Origin: Podarcis melisellensis
Taxonomy: Eukaryota
Reading direction: 5' to 3' (one strand)
Assembly (NCBI GenBank): GCA_964234715.1
Contig: OZ174275.1
DNA length: 64,000 nt
Shown here: positions 23,986-36,741 of the stretch, piece after piece
Layout of the letters: each line of letters starts with the position of its first letter
How positions within the stretch are numbered: the first letter of the stretch is position 1
Position numbers and translations under genes: made by a program
The notes under the pieces: generated by a model
Seen by the model: only the letters and a program-made list of their open reading frames with translations
Database searches by the model: none
Told to the model about the DNA's origin: nothing

Positions 23986-24809
23986 GTAAGTGGCTGTTGC
24001 TGGGAAGCGGCTTCTGCTGCCGAGGGGCGTTTCGTGAAGGACGCGCGGGGCGGCGGAGGGCGGGGGCGAGCTGTCCGGGGCACTTGGGCTGGTACACTGG
24101 TTCTGCTGGTGGTGGTGAGAACTGGTGATTCTGGAGGCGCCGGGCTCCGTGTGTGCTTGTGTGTTTGCACACAGCTCGCCTGTCAAAGTGAAAGCGGCAG
24201 GCTCACATTGCTTAGGTGGCAGAAGTTAAAACTTCTTCGGCCTTTGGAAAGCGGGCGGGCGGGCAGGCGGGGTTTGTGTATGTATGTGTGTGTGCAAATA
24301 CCTCACGAGAGGAGCCGCTGCTTGCAAAGGCTCGCGCTGCTTTCCTTTCCTTTCCTGCCTGCCACGCTTGCGAGAACCCCGTGGCCGGTTGTTGGTGAGT
24401 TGGAGGAAACCCGGCTGCTCCAAGGCAGGCTAGTTGCCGGCTGATTTATGCCTCCACTGCCACTTAACGCTCGGGTCCTTTATCAGTTCCGAGCTCAGGT
24501 TCTCCGGCTGCATGTTTTACATTGCTGTTTCTGGGATGATTATACAATATGTCCTGTAGAGCAGCACTGTTACTATTTCTCTCTCTGTCTCTCGAGATTC
24601 TACAGTAGGTAGGTGTAAGTCATTCCCCTACTCTGTGAGGAGGGAGAGTGGTTAGCTCTGGACTAAATTTTTGTGCAGAATATCAATCGACCTATTTCCT
24701 TTCCCCTTTTCTTTTTTAAATAGAAATAAAAGCAACGAACTGAATGTGCCGTGGTGAAACAAGACTTCTTCTGTAGTTCAATATTTCAGGGGTAAATAGA
24801 ATGTAACTG

Positions 24810-25122
24810 TGTAATCCTATTCTACTCCGAAGCAAGTCCGTTGAGTTCAGGGAGACTTGCTCCCAAGGGAAGGACAGCAGCCTAAATACTGTTTGCTGAA
24901 CAACCTGCTCTCAGAAAATGGGTTCAAGAGTGAAATGAGCACAGACAGGTCCTCTGCATGTTTACTCAAAGGATAAACCCCACTGGGACTCTCTCCCAAG
25001 TGCATACAGGCTGGGTTGCTACCTTATACATCTTGCAATTCTAGGTGTGGCTATTCTGAAGTGTGTCTTGCTGAGTAAATTGGGACTCATTCCCTAGTCA
25101 TTGTGTTTAGGATTGCAGCCTT
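24810..25122. repeat. Second stack of ~90-bp palindromic MITE relics
   Basis: 3-4 degenerate units, the last ending in TTTAGGATTGCAGCC. Confidence 0.5.
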
Positions 25123-26490
25123 CATTTTTGTGAAAAGAATGAAAGTCACAGAGTTAGGAGATAAGATGACTTGAGAGATGTGTGTATATATAGCTCAGTA
25201 ACGTATAAATATTTCCTTTTCAGAGGTGGGTTGAGGAAGGATGGAGGGTTGACACTTAAGGCTCACATGGGTGCTCAAATTCCTGTGACCTTGCTTGTAG
25301 TGCAATGCACTTATCATTGTTTGCTTTCCACTTCCCTTAATTCTCTTGTGTTTTTCCTACCACCGTTTCAAAACAGAAACATTTTTTAAAAAGTGTTTTT
25401 CCATTTCCACTGGAATTTTGCAGACTTCCCTTATGGCTCCTCTCAACTCTCAAATGCCTACTGTTATCCCAGAGAAGAATCTGAACTGTCTGTTGTCAAT
25501 AATAAATCATTTCCATTTTTAGTGCTTGGAAGACATGGTTTGGGCTATCCACATTAGTCTGACATACCAGATTATTTTAGGTTTTGCAGTAAATGGTTTA
25601 AACTCAGACTTCATCCATTCATTGTGAAATGTAACTTGGATTCCTTATAGAGGATGATTATATGGATATGACTGGGTGGCATTAAAATCATGAGCTTGAG
25701 AATTCTCAGATCTCTGTATGCATAGGTACACTTTGCACAATATGAGTTCTCCTTGAATGTGCCGAGAGAAAAAAGAGAGAGGAAACCTTGAAGTTTTGGG
25801 CATTGAGTGGGAAAGCTTTATGATAGCACATTCAGAAATATCTAGGTATGGTATAATTTAAATGGATGCAGTACCACAAATGGTTTAATAACACTAGCTG
25901 CTAAAGTGGAGCTTTTTTCTGTGGTGGGAAAAAAGCTTTTACAACTCTTAATTGATTCTTTAAAGAGGCTTAACATGAATAAGTCAGAAGGTTGTTTAAC
26001 ATGAATGCTTGCATAAATACTTCTTTTCATTTACCCTGTGAAATTAGACTTTCTTCTTTCCCCTGACAAATAATCATAACCTAGGTAAGTTCTTAATTTT
26101 CTTAAACCTGCTCAAGTCAGTCAGATGTGGACTTCTGAAACAGAGTGACATTATAGCAGTGCATTAATTTGCCTACAACAAACAAAATGTATAATTGTGG
26201 TTGTGTTGCCATTTCCCCCTGCTCCCTTCCCCACCAATCCTTATTTGCAACCCCCACTCAACTGTCTTGGTGTGATGGACACAAATGCTGTGCCATTCAT
26301 GGAAAAAGAGTTGGGTGGTTGGTTTTCACTGACCTCTTGCTTCTGACACACTTTTATTGGCCTTGAAGGAAAAACAAAAACTCAAGCAACAATGCCCTCG
26401 CACACAGGTGGGGGATTTCATGATGGAAGGGTCCCTTAATAGGAGTCCTGTAGATAGAAAACTAGAAATTTGGGGAGAAGGCTCAAACTG

Positions 26491-26517
26491 TGTATGTATG
26501 TATGTATGTATGTATGT
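26491..26517. repeat. (TGTA)n microsatellite
   Basis: Directly visible. Confidence 0.9.
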
Positions 26518-29500
26518 GTAGGGAAGAGTGTCTATTCTGAAGTGGCACAGTCTATATACAGCTTTACTATCTCATCTGCTGTTTGGGATAATGCTAAATT
26601 AATTTCAACAGAGAAAGACTGAAACTTTTGGGCAAAGAAAGAGCCTGTGGTTATTCCTTGCAATGTTACTTTATTAGGTTAACTTAACACAAATGTGCAT
26701 ATGTCCAACAGGAAGTGTTATATGAATTTTGGTTTCCTGCTAAGAGTACACACTCTTCCAGTCAGCTTCCAGAGCTTTGCAGAAAGTCTTAATTGAGAAA
26801 GGATTTTGTTTAATCATTTCCAAGTGGTTGGTATTTACTTCCCACCTTCTTTTAGTATCACAGTTTGATGTGCCTCCTGGACCTGGATTCTACTGCTTCC
26901 CGACTCTCCTTTTCCTATTGCATGTGGGAACTGATTTTCCTGTTCTAGATCTCCCAAGTGTAGACAGGTTGCCCTATTTGTATGGTGGCAGAACTAATAA
27001 TAAAATAAAGGTTTATTTTTCCTTATAAAAACATAACTACATAGATCTGAACATTTTGTTACCCAACTGGAGTCGCCCCCCCCCAAGAAAAGATTCACTT
27101 TTGCTTGTAGAATATAGTACTAGTATAGTTTGGTTTTGAGAGAAGGTGGGTTAAGCCTTCTTGAAAGAGTCAGAATGATGTAAGTTTGTTCCTCCAGTTT
27201 CCAACTTGTGAAATGCTTCTGGATATGGGTCAGTTTGGTATTTTGGGGTGGGGGGTGATTGATGGGTTGGATCCTATTACTATGTAGGATAGGAGTTGGA
27301 TTTATCTGGACTTTCAGTTCCTTCCATCAAATTCTGGCAGAGGTTTTTTTTTATAAAAAGGTTGGCGAAAGTGGAGCTACTTGATGCATGATGGAATGGT
27401 GCTGTTTTTCGACATAGGGCGTCCACTATCATCTCAGATAGTCTTCTGTAATGGCTATTTTACAGTCCTCCATGCTGTTCTTTCATCCTGTATGTTTCAA
27501 TGCCTGCCAGGTTCTGCAGTTTTTGTTAAAAAGATTCTCCTGTACTCTGAACCAGGAATCAATACCCTATCCCAATATTAATATTTGCTACTGATCTCTC
27601 TTCTTGAAAGGGAACATCTTCTACCTTTTCCATGTGCAAAATTCCCACTGTGGCCTTTTGTTTTTAGGATTGTTCAAGATCTGTTCTCAGACATGCAAGT
27701 CCTGTCGCTCTTCTCAGAACCCTTTTATTGCAGTCTTGCCCTTTCTGAAATGAGGTGAATATTACATGATAAGGTTAAATTACACAATGCTATTGCAGAT
27801 TATCCTTATTATTCTCTATCTTCTTTGTCTAGCCCCTGATTTCCTTTGCTACTCTTATGCTGAGCTTAGGTTTGTTCAGCCAATTTCGCTCCAACAATGT
27901 ATACAATTAAATGCTACTTCTGAATTGTACTGTTTTGAATTTATATACCTGTATTGGCATCATTTTGTAACAGATTTAGCTTTTTATAATTTAATACATA
28001 TTTGATACTCTTGCTGCATATTGTACAGTGGTGCAGGTCCTGTTTGCAAGGCAGTAAAACAAATTAAATTGTTGCTATAAAAAAATCCTCAAATATGTGT
28101 ATGTATTTGTAACTTTTCATTTACAGGATTGCACAATGAGTGCAATATTAAGTATATTCAAGCCTTTCCCCCTCCCTACTCCAAATTCTTGCAGGTTCTG
28201 AGGATTACAACTGGCAATTTAGGAAATGATCTGGAACAATTGTTCTCTCCTCTTCTTGTCCAACAAAAAATTGTGGCATGGGTGGGGAAGACTATCACTT
28301 ATTGCCATGTGCTCAAGTGGGTGATCTGCAGCTAGACAAGCATTGAGTGACTTATAGTACAGTCCTGTCTGTATGGCTACTTAGACCCTCCTAGCTAAGC
28401 TATGCCACACAAGTGTTCAAGCTCCTAGGGAGGACATTGTAGCGAGTGTTCGAAATTCCTCAGGTGTGTTTTGCTACTGGCGCGGGTCCAGTTGCTATTA
28501 CATGGAGATCTTCGGGCACCAGGTTGGTGACCACAGTTTAAACAACTCTGCCTTAGTCTATGGTTAATACCATTTCCATTTCCACTGTGTGTCTTTCTCC
28601 TTGCATACTGGCACAAGTGACTTATAAGGGCAAGCTACAGTCAAGCAATGTAGTTAAGATCATAGAATTGTAACATTGGAAGCAGTGTTAGAAACTGGGA
28701 TATTTGCCACATGGCTCCTGGAACCTGGGTTACAGGTGCAAAAACATAATGGCTAGGTTATTCCAAGGCTTGCGCAGTCTTGCTAAGCCAAGGCTTGGCT
28801 TAACATGTCATGTGAACCAGGCCATGGAGTTTGCTTTCCAATTTGCTTAGGATTGCAGCTTTAGTTTAAAGTAGCATGTTATTTATGCACAGGATTCTTT
28901 CCCCCTTTATTGCTTCTTGCTTTTGTTGGTCTTTTGTTTTCACCATGTGGAAATATGCGTTGAGTGCTTGCATATAGTCTCACTAAAAGGGCATTATCCT
29001 ACTGTGTTCTTGGCTTGAGATCATGTAGTTGGAGAAGCTAATTGAACTCTGAATATGACTGCTACTTCTACAGGAAAAAATATTTAACCCAAAAGCTTAG
29101 AATCTGACTTTGAGGAGCCTTAGTGCTCAGTCACTTCCATAATTATTGTGTGTTCTCCTGCTTGGAGTCAGGCCTTGAAGTTGTTTTATGCTGGAGGACA
29201 CCTTCTGCCAATTAAGCTTTCGGCTATTTGTCCGATGTAGCATATAAAATGCTTTAAAAAGAAGAAGACACTAAACTGCAGCCTTCTTATTCTTGGCTTT
29301 CTTCTTCAAAAACAGAATGTACTTGAAGTAGAACTTGACAGTTATGAATTTTTCAGCGGGGGGGGGGAAGCTTTGTTTTGAAATGTTTATTCAAAGGTTT
29401 TTTTAACCTCTCTCTGAGGATGACAAAACACAGTAAGTCCTGGTTGCAGCACAGCAGATTTTAGTTTTAAGTTCTTGAAGTATCTCAGTAGAAAATAAAC

Positions 29501-30766
29501 TGAGGAGTGGAATGGTTCCAAGGAAAGTAGAATCTGGAATCCTGGAACATGAGTCTGTGTGTATGTCAGGATGGTTTATATCTACTGACATCCTTCCAGT
29601 ACATAAGAGTTAGCTAAAATGACACCTGAAGAACCTTTCAACTTTAGTTTAATGTCATAGCTTGCTTGCATCCATTCTTCCAGCAGACTCCCTTCCTCCC
29701 TCAGTGATGATAATCTCCCACCTCACCAATTGAACAGCAACTTGTTGTCTTGCTTCTTGAGCCCCTGATTTGGCAGAACATCTGTAAAGGAACTGAGGGT
29801 GTTCTCTTGTGGTTCTGCTGTGCTCTTATTAGATTCCTCTGACGTAGTTGCTTTGTCTCTCAAAGTGAGGGGAGATAGTAGAGTTTTCCCCTGAACCCTA
29901 CAGGCCACTCACCAAAGATAAACACAGAAGCAAAGTACAGAAACTTCACAAGGATACACAGGCAACCAAACTTCCCTCGCTGAAGAAATAAAAGCAGCTG
30001 AGTAGTACAGACAAGAAGGAAAAAATGGCATGGCACAATGCAAAAGAGGTAAGAAGTTGATGTTTGCTTCTCTTTAAATGCCAAGAGGAGTGATGGTATT
30101 CCTGTGCCCACAATTTCCTTATTTTTCTATTTGAGTGAATTCATACAGCCATTTGAGGTGATGGCTGATGTAATGAAGCTATTACAATTGCTGGGTGTGT
30201 GGGGAGAGTGTTTCCCCAAACTTTGACATGTTCTGCAAGGTGATAAATTGCTTGCCTCCTTGTGTATGTTTCTGTGATTTTTCAAGTAGTGATTGTGATG
30301 TTGACATGTTTTGAGATTTGCTGGAGCAGCCATAGGTAATGTCTTCAAACATTTCAGCTGCCATCTTGAAATGGTCATGTGAACTTACCCACTGAATCTC
30401 AGAACTATGAACACACTTTTGGAAAGCCGACTGAGTGCTAGGAAGGAAGTTGACTCCTGAGACTCAAAGCTGAAAAACAAAGTGAATGATAGAGCGGCAG
30501 GTTCTGGCCTGGAAGAACCTAAAGTTCTGTAAACTATCACAACTATTTTAAAAGAAGTGTTACATTTTGAACGTGAAACATGCAAGTAGATATCATTGGC
30601 TACAGACGGATTCCAGTGGCAGTGCCAGTCTTCTTGAGTGACTGACTTAGAGCTTGTATGGTAGCCTCTTCATACAGAAGATATAGGGAGAATATCTAAT
30701 GACCACTTTCCCATTAAGTAAAAAAGTACAAAGCGACCATGGTTAGGACAACATTAAAATATACTA

Positions 30767-31399
30767 CTGTATTTTTCCGTGTATAAGACACCCCCATGTA
30801 TAAGTCGACCTCTATTTTCTGAGCCCCAAATTAAGAAATAAATATTTTAAACACCAAACAGAACAACTATGATATTTTATTAAATATTCAAAACACCAGT
30901 ATATTTAGTACTGTATATTTAAACATCAAACAGTGAGGCAAGCTGTGTAATGGCAGCTGCTCCTGTCAGCTCAGTGTAACTCCACTGTAGCTGCAGCTCC
31001 TGCTCTCCTGCCTCTGTGTTGCACTTTTGAATCAGTATTTATGGTATGTACCCTGTTTACTCCACGAGTGGCGGCAGATGCGAACGCTGATCAAGGAGCT
31101 GCGACTGTCAGAGCTGCATGAGTGAGTGTGTTGGGGAATGGGGGGTCTGGGTAGCCAGGGGGAGGCTGAGGGAACCGGGTAGAAGGGACAATGTCCGGAG
31201 TGGGGGCTGCTGGGGGGGGAGTACCAGACCAGGGTTCGTTGTGAGGCCAATAGTGAGGGGAAGCTGTGGGGAAAGAATATGGATGGCGGCATGTATTTAT
31301 TTATATATTTAATTGCAGCATTCCATCTATAAGATGACCCCCAATTTTTAACTTCAAAAATTTGGGGGGAAATATCGTCTTATACACGGGGAAATACGG
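30767..31399. mobile_element. Tc2/pogo-like non-autonomous DNA transposon
   Basis: TA|CTGTATTTTTCCGTGTATAAGAC ... GTCTTATACACGGGGAAATACGG TIRs, with subterminal TATAAG..GACC repeats. Confidence 0.8.
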
Positions 31400-32256
31400 G
31401 AAACTGAGAAGTGAACACAGTTTACAACAATGCCTTCCACCTTAATAACCCCTTTACAAGAATGGTCTGGTTTAAAATGTGGGCTAAAAACCATTATATT
31501 AGTCAATGTATATCTGTTAAAAGTATCAAGCAAGCTTTCAACACTAATGACTGGGTAAACTAATAAAGGGTTTTGACAAATTGTGATAATAGTACAATTA
31601 AAATATTTTATTGTAGATTTCTTTATAAACCTTTCATGGGTTACCTTGATGCAACCAGAAAGTTGTGATTTAATTTAGAGATTTCCCTTTTCCTGCTGTA
31701 ATAAATGGAAGACTTAGTTTTCTGGCTTTCAGTAAAAGTCAGACTGTATTTAGCTGAGTGTGGCCATAAGCTGGAGAACACATTTTTCATCAGGAGGTGG
31801 ACATCATGAGTGTGAAAGTGAATAATAACTTTGATTTGTATGTATGGTTGTCATAGCAGTGACTGTCAGATGACTGTCAGACTGTCTTTATTTTGTGTTG
31901 ATCACCACCTTTTCCAGTTGTGGGTTTAAGGTAATAATGGTCAGGAGCTGAGGCAGACTAACTAGAATGCCTAGGTTAATGGGGCAAGAGAAGAATGGGA
32001 ACCTTGTGGCCCTCTATACTTGGTTGAACTAAAATTACTGACTGTTGACTATGCTGTCTGGGGGCTGCTGGGATTTGGAGTCAAACAACACCTGGAAGAC
32101 TACAGTTCCTCATCCCCAGACTAAGAAGTAAGGAAGAAAAACAGAATTCCATTAATAGATCCTGTGAGTTAAAAGTGTAGGGAAAACTGTGCTGTTACCA
32201 TAGTTATTCTCTGTAATTTGTAAAGTGGTGTGCTTGCCTACGAAGTAGGTCACTTG

Positions 32257-32350
32257 TACAGTGCAATTCTGTGCATGCCTTCTTGGAAGTATGCTTCACT
32301 GAGTTCAGTGAAGGCGATTCTCAGGTAAGTGTATATAGGATAGCACCCTA
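32257..32350. mobile_element. ~90-bp palindromic MITE relic
   Basis: GTGCAATTCTGTGCATG...TTCACTGAGTTCAGTGAA...TATATAGGATAGCAC. Similar units at ~20995, 23180, 32970 and 36440. Confidence 0.55.
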
Positions 32351-33345
32351 AATCACATTTTCTAATAAAGCCACAGTGGCTGTAAAGTAGTAACAAGCTC
32401 AAGGCACAAAGCAAATTTCTTACTTAATTAGAATTTGAACCCAGGTGTGTCAGGGATAAAGGAATCTGGATAAAGGAAAGATTTAGGTTATGCATCCTGA
32501 AGAGTATCTAAGAGCAGACAGGCAGTGAAATAAGCTAACTGCTTAAGGAGAATGAATATTGTCAACAATAGCTCTCAACATTATCTAAAATGTCAGAAAT
32601 GGTTATTGGCTTTGTGTACGATCACAGAGGTGGATTTCACCTTAAAAGATTCCTTCATGCTTTGAAAGCTAGTAGAGAATGCTATGTGGAAAGTTACATA
32701 ACCAGCAAGGGATGTTATGGTGCATCCAGTGATAGGAGCAGATGAGTTCATTTTTCAACTGTAAGCCAGAGTTCTCCATAGTATTTTGATATTGTCTAAC
32801 TGTTGCATCATGGATGTGTGATGCAGTGTTAGAATTTTTATTTTGGAGATTGTGAAACACTTGACTAAGATGGTATGGAAGTTGTTGGTAGATGCAGGTT
32901 AGATTTCAGAAACGTGAGGGTCCCACTCCTTTGATGATTTACAAATTCATTCTAACAGTACAATTATCATAGTTCAATTCTATTTATATTTACTCAGAAG
33001 CAAGTGCTGTTGAGGTCAGCGGGGTTTACTCCCTGGGTCATGAGTATAGGACTGCATTCTCAAGGGCACAGGAGCTGCAAATTAATCTAACCTGACTTTA
33101 TTTACAGAAAACAATGAGCATTTCAGTTCACTGAATAATGGGATCACAAATGGTAGAGTCTTGGTGGGGAGGGGGAGACAGAACTATGTCACTGCTGTCA
33201 GTCCTGCAAGAATCATTTCCTGCCTTGCTAGCCTTTTTCCACCTGGCCTGTGAGGACAGGGCCCTGACTGACTCCAGCTACAAAAACTAAGGCTGATGGA
33301 GAAGCTAGAGGCCATCTTTGCTGTGAGTCCTGCAGTTCTTGCTGC

Positions 33346-33488
33346 CATGGGTGCAGCCAGGAGTTTTGTTGGGGGGTGGGGAGGACTTTGTTAGAGGGGC
33401 AGAACCGATGTGATTGGTCAGTTAGTTAAGTATTTCTATTGTTTTACTTGATCTGGAGGGGGTAGCTGCCCCCACGGCTACACCCATG
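33346..33488. mobile_element. hAT-like MITE (same family as 2955)
   Basis: TIR CATGGGTGCAGCC/GGCTACACCCATG; TSD CTTGCTGC/CCTGCTGC. Confidence 0.8.
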
Positions 33489-33929
33489 CCTGCTGCTCAG
33501 GGTGCCTAGAGGTGCAGTATTGTTTAGGGTTTTTTGGGGGGTGTCAAGTTTTCATTTTGGAGGTGCTTTATTTCTGCTGTTACTTGGTATTTAATTTTTT
33601 GTATGGTTGATGATAGACCGTATCATGACTTATATGGGGATTGTTTAATTTTATTGCATAATTCCTGATTATTTATTTATTGCTTAGGACTACTTTTGTT
33701 ATATTTTTGAAATTATATAAATCTTCATGGTGTAAGCCACCTTGAGCATGGTTTAACTATGAAAAGGTGGCATAAGTGAGCAATGAATATGATTGTAAAA
33801 ATGTGAAGATTTTAATAAACCCTAATAAACTAACAATTAAAAACAATGATCATTTCTAATTCAGGCTGGCAAATAACAACCTGACTGATCTACATGTGGC
33901 TTCCAGTTTGTTTCAAAGTGTTTGGCAGC

Positions 33930-34236
33930 TGGCTACATGAGAGATGACCTTTTCTGTGGTGGCTCCCAAATTCTTGAATTTTCTTGTGCTTGCTTGGCAT
34001 CTCCATTGCGCACATTTAGGTGCTAGGCAAAGCCCACCCAGTTTTCACAGGCTTTTATTGGATCCTTCTCCTAGTTTTAGCACCCACCCAAATTGCTGTT
34101 TTTGTGTGTGTTGCCTTTCTCATTCTTTCATAGTTTTAATTTGATATGTTGATCCTCTTATTTGTATTTGTTTTGGAAGCCCCCATGAGGCCACCTGTCC
34201 AAAGGCAGAGAACTGGTTCTGCAAATAAACAATAAA
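33930..34236 (+). mobile_element. L2 LINE 3' end relic
   Basis: CCTTTTCTGTGGTGGCTCCCAAATTCTTGAATT (FSVVAP..WN-like), T-rich UTR, and an AAATAAACAATAAA tail. Confidence 0.5.
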
Positions 34237-36695
34237 GTACTGTGGTATGTTGGCAGGTGAGCTAGTGACTTCTGAGGACTCATTTGTGTGCCTGTTTTAG
34301 CTGCTGCTTCAAAGTTAGGAGTCTGTGCAGAGGTGTGTGTGTATGTGTGTTTTCCTCAGTGATGTACTCGGCTCCCTGAATTAATTGATGTGGGAGGGAA
34401 GCCTTACTTTGGTTGGTTGATCATGCCAACTGAATAGATGAAAGTTTGCAGCTGTAACTACATGGTGATTCCCTCAGTGCCAGTAGTATTCATAAGGACA
34501 CTCTTCCCATTTCCACCTCAGATGGTTTTTCAAAGGATTATCATTACTCTTTTCCTTCTTTCTTTACAACGTATACCTGTTGTTCATAAGAGACTTAACC
34601 CCAAGAGCCCTTTTCTTTCCATTTATATACAAAACTAAGCAGAGAGTTCGCTTTTCAGGTGGCAGAAGCAACTGAGGCTGACAGTTCTCAGCTGAAATCA
34701 ATGTCAATATTTCCTTTAAATCAGGATCCTTTGCAGTACTTGGTTCTGCCCTGAAGTTGTTTGTTTTTGTCTTGGAAGCCCTTTTGCCACTGATGTTTTA
34801 ATGCAAGAGCGTTTCATGTTCCCAATTTGACGAACAAGGAATTCATTAAGTTGGCCTTTCAACACAAAGTGGTAACTTGTCTTGCAAGTTTTATCACGGA
34901 AGTGTCATCTTCATTCATGATTAATCAAGAATACCTTTGTTGGCTTCGCATTTTGTAAGTGCATTTAAATTTAATCAAGCAATCCGTCAATGAAAAGTCA
35001 GATGCCCAAGTTAACATTTTCAGTTGAATGACAGTCTCTATCATGCATTCTTCGTGTAAGAAATAAAAAAAAAATTTGTTTCCTTTTTTTTTAATCTGGA
35101 CTGGGCCTCTATAGCAGTCAGTATCACAGGCTGCATAATTTCAGTGGCACTGTCTTATTGGGTGTTCAGGTGCTTGTCACCCACTTCCTTGCCCCTGGTG
35201 TTAAATGCATTGAGTCCTGTAGTTCTCTTGCAGTGACTATCATTATTGTGATGATGAAGACTCTTGAAGAACCATAAGCAACAGTGCTAATAATACAGTG
35301 TCAAGATCAAAAAATAACAATAAAAAGTGTTTACTGTGACTGATATTTTTGTTGAATTAGAAGGACTTTCTGTTGACATACCAGTTTAATCCATTTTTCA
35401 GAGATGAGAAGCACGGTGTAGATAAGTGCAAATTGGTAATGTTCAACAAGCCCTATCTGCTATTAAAATCAGTGCAGCAAAGTAGAAACATCTTGCTTGA
35501 AATGCACCAGCAAAACAAAGAATATTGCAGTGCTGTTCCTAAAGCTGTTTTTAGTTTTATGACATTGCGTGTTTTCTCCAATTTCTTGACTTCTGCCTGT
35601 TGGGGAGACTTCAGCCTGAAATGATTGAACTAGAATATATTGGCAAGTTTGATTCTATTAATTTAGAACTTAATTAAGAGCAGGTATTTCTCTCCCAATG
35701 TGTTAAATTAGCAAGCAGCCCTAGGAATATTGTATTAGCAGTAATTATCGCTACTGGGTACAGTCATTGGTATCTTATATACCTTTTAACTGGGTTTAGA
35801 AATAACACAAAAGGTCCCCCTTGTGTCAAGGTCTTCAAGCCCTGTTATGCTGTCTGCCAACTAAAGATACGGCTTCATAGATCTTACAAATTCCTGAGGC
35901 ACCACAATGAATGGTTAACATTTAAGGTGCCACAAGGCTCCTGATTTGATTGAGAAGCCTGCAAGCCAAGACTTTTCATAAATGAGAGCACTGCAAAAGC
36001 TCTTGCCACAAGAAATGTGTTTGGGGGTCTTATTTGTGGAAATCTCATCTTGGTTGTAACATATTAGTTCCGTGTCTGACCACCGTGGTTGGTACATCAC
36101 TGGTGCATGTTGAAGTACAGGCAACAGAACATTCAGTGCTGCGTGCACTGCATCTGCTACTCTTGTCTGGCACAGCCCTTGACACGTTATATTTTGTGTC
36201 TCTATAATATCCTCCCACTGCTTCTTGGCCTACAGATCCCCTCCTTTCAGGAATATAAGCTGTTCTTTGGGGCTTGAATAAAGCTATGCACGCATACATC
36301 TTTGACTCCCAAGAACTGCTGGAGTGTCTTGAGGAAAAATGTGTGGGGACTTAGAGAAACTTGTCTAAGTGTTGTGGATTTTTGTTGCCAGGTATATCTG
36401 CCTCTGGCCTGCTTGGAGAAGCTGCTACTATTGGGCTCTTACAGTACAATCCTATACATGTCTACTTGGAAGTACCGCTGAAGTCAGTGGGACATCTAGA
36501 TAGATGTTTATAGATTTGTAGCTTTAATTTTTGCCCCAGAGCTTCTGGTCTCCTATGGACTTGGAACTTCTGTTGCTGCCAGGCTATTCTGCTCCTGGAT
36601 GGAAACATGGATCAGCTACATAGCAGCCTGTTCACTCTAGAACAACAGAAGCACAAGTACACAAGCTCCAACCACTGGCATTGGCCACAGTAGGG

Positions 36696-36699
<4 letters not shown>

Positions 36700-36736
<37 letters not shown>
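36700..36736. repeat. (GT)n microsatellite
   Basis: Directly visible. Confidence 0.95.

Positions 36737-36741
<5 letters not shown>

Larger units (their letters stand above)
23560..24480 (+). promoter_or_regulatory. CpG-island promoter of PDIA5 with ZNF143/THAP11 (23754-23776), NRF1-like (23826-23834) and UPRE/XBP1-CREB3-like (23841-23850) motifs
   Basis: The only extended CpG/GC-rich non-repeat segment, spanning exon 1. Motifs seen: GACTACGCTTCCCAGCATGCAC, TGCGCATGC, AGACGTGGCA, CCAAT at 23654, and GC boxes near 24057. Confidence 0.85.

Noticed and set aside
23584-24444. Long ORFs on both strands (199-200 aa) across the CpG island
   Set aside because: They reflect stop-codon depletion in GC-rich DNA. 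Only 23914-23985 is bounded by a splice donor and fits PDIA5.
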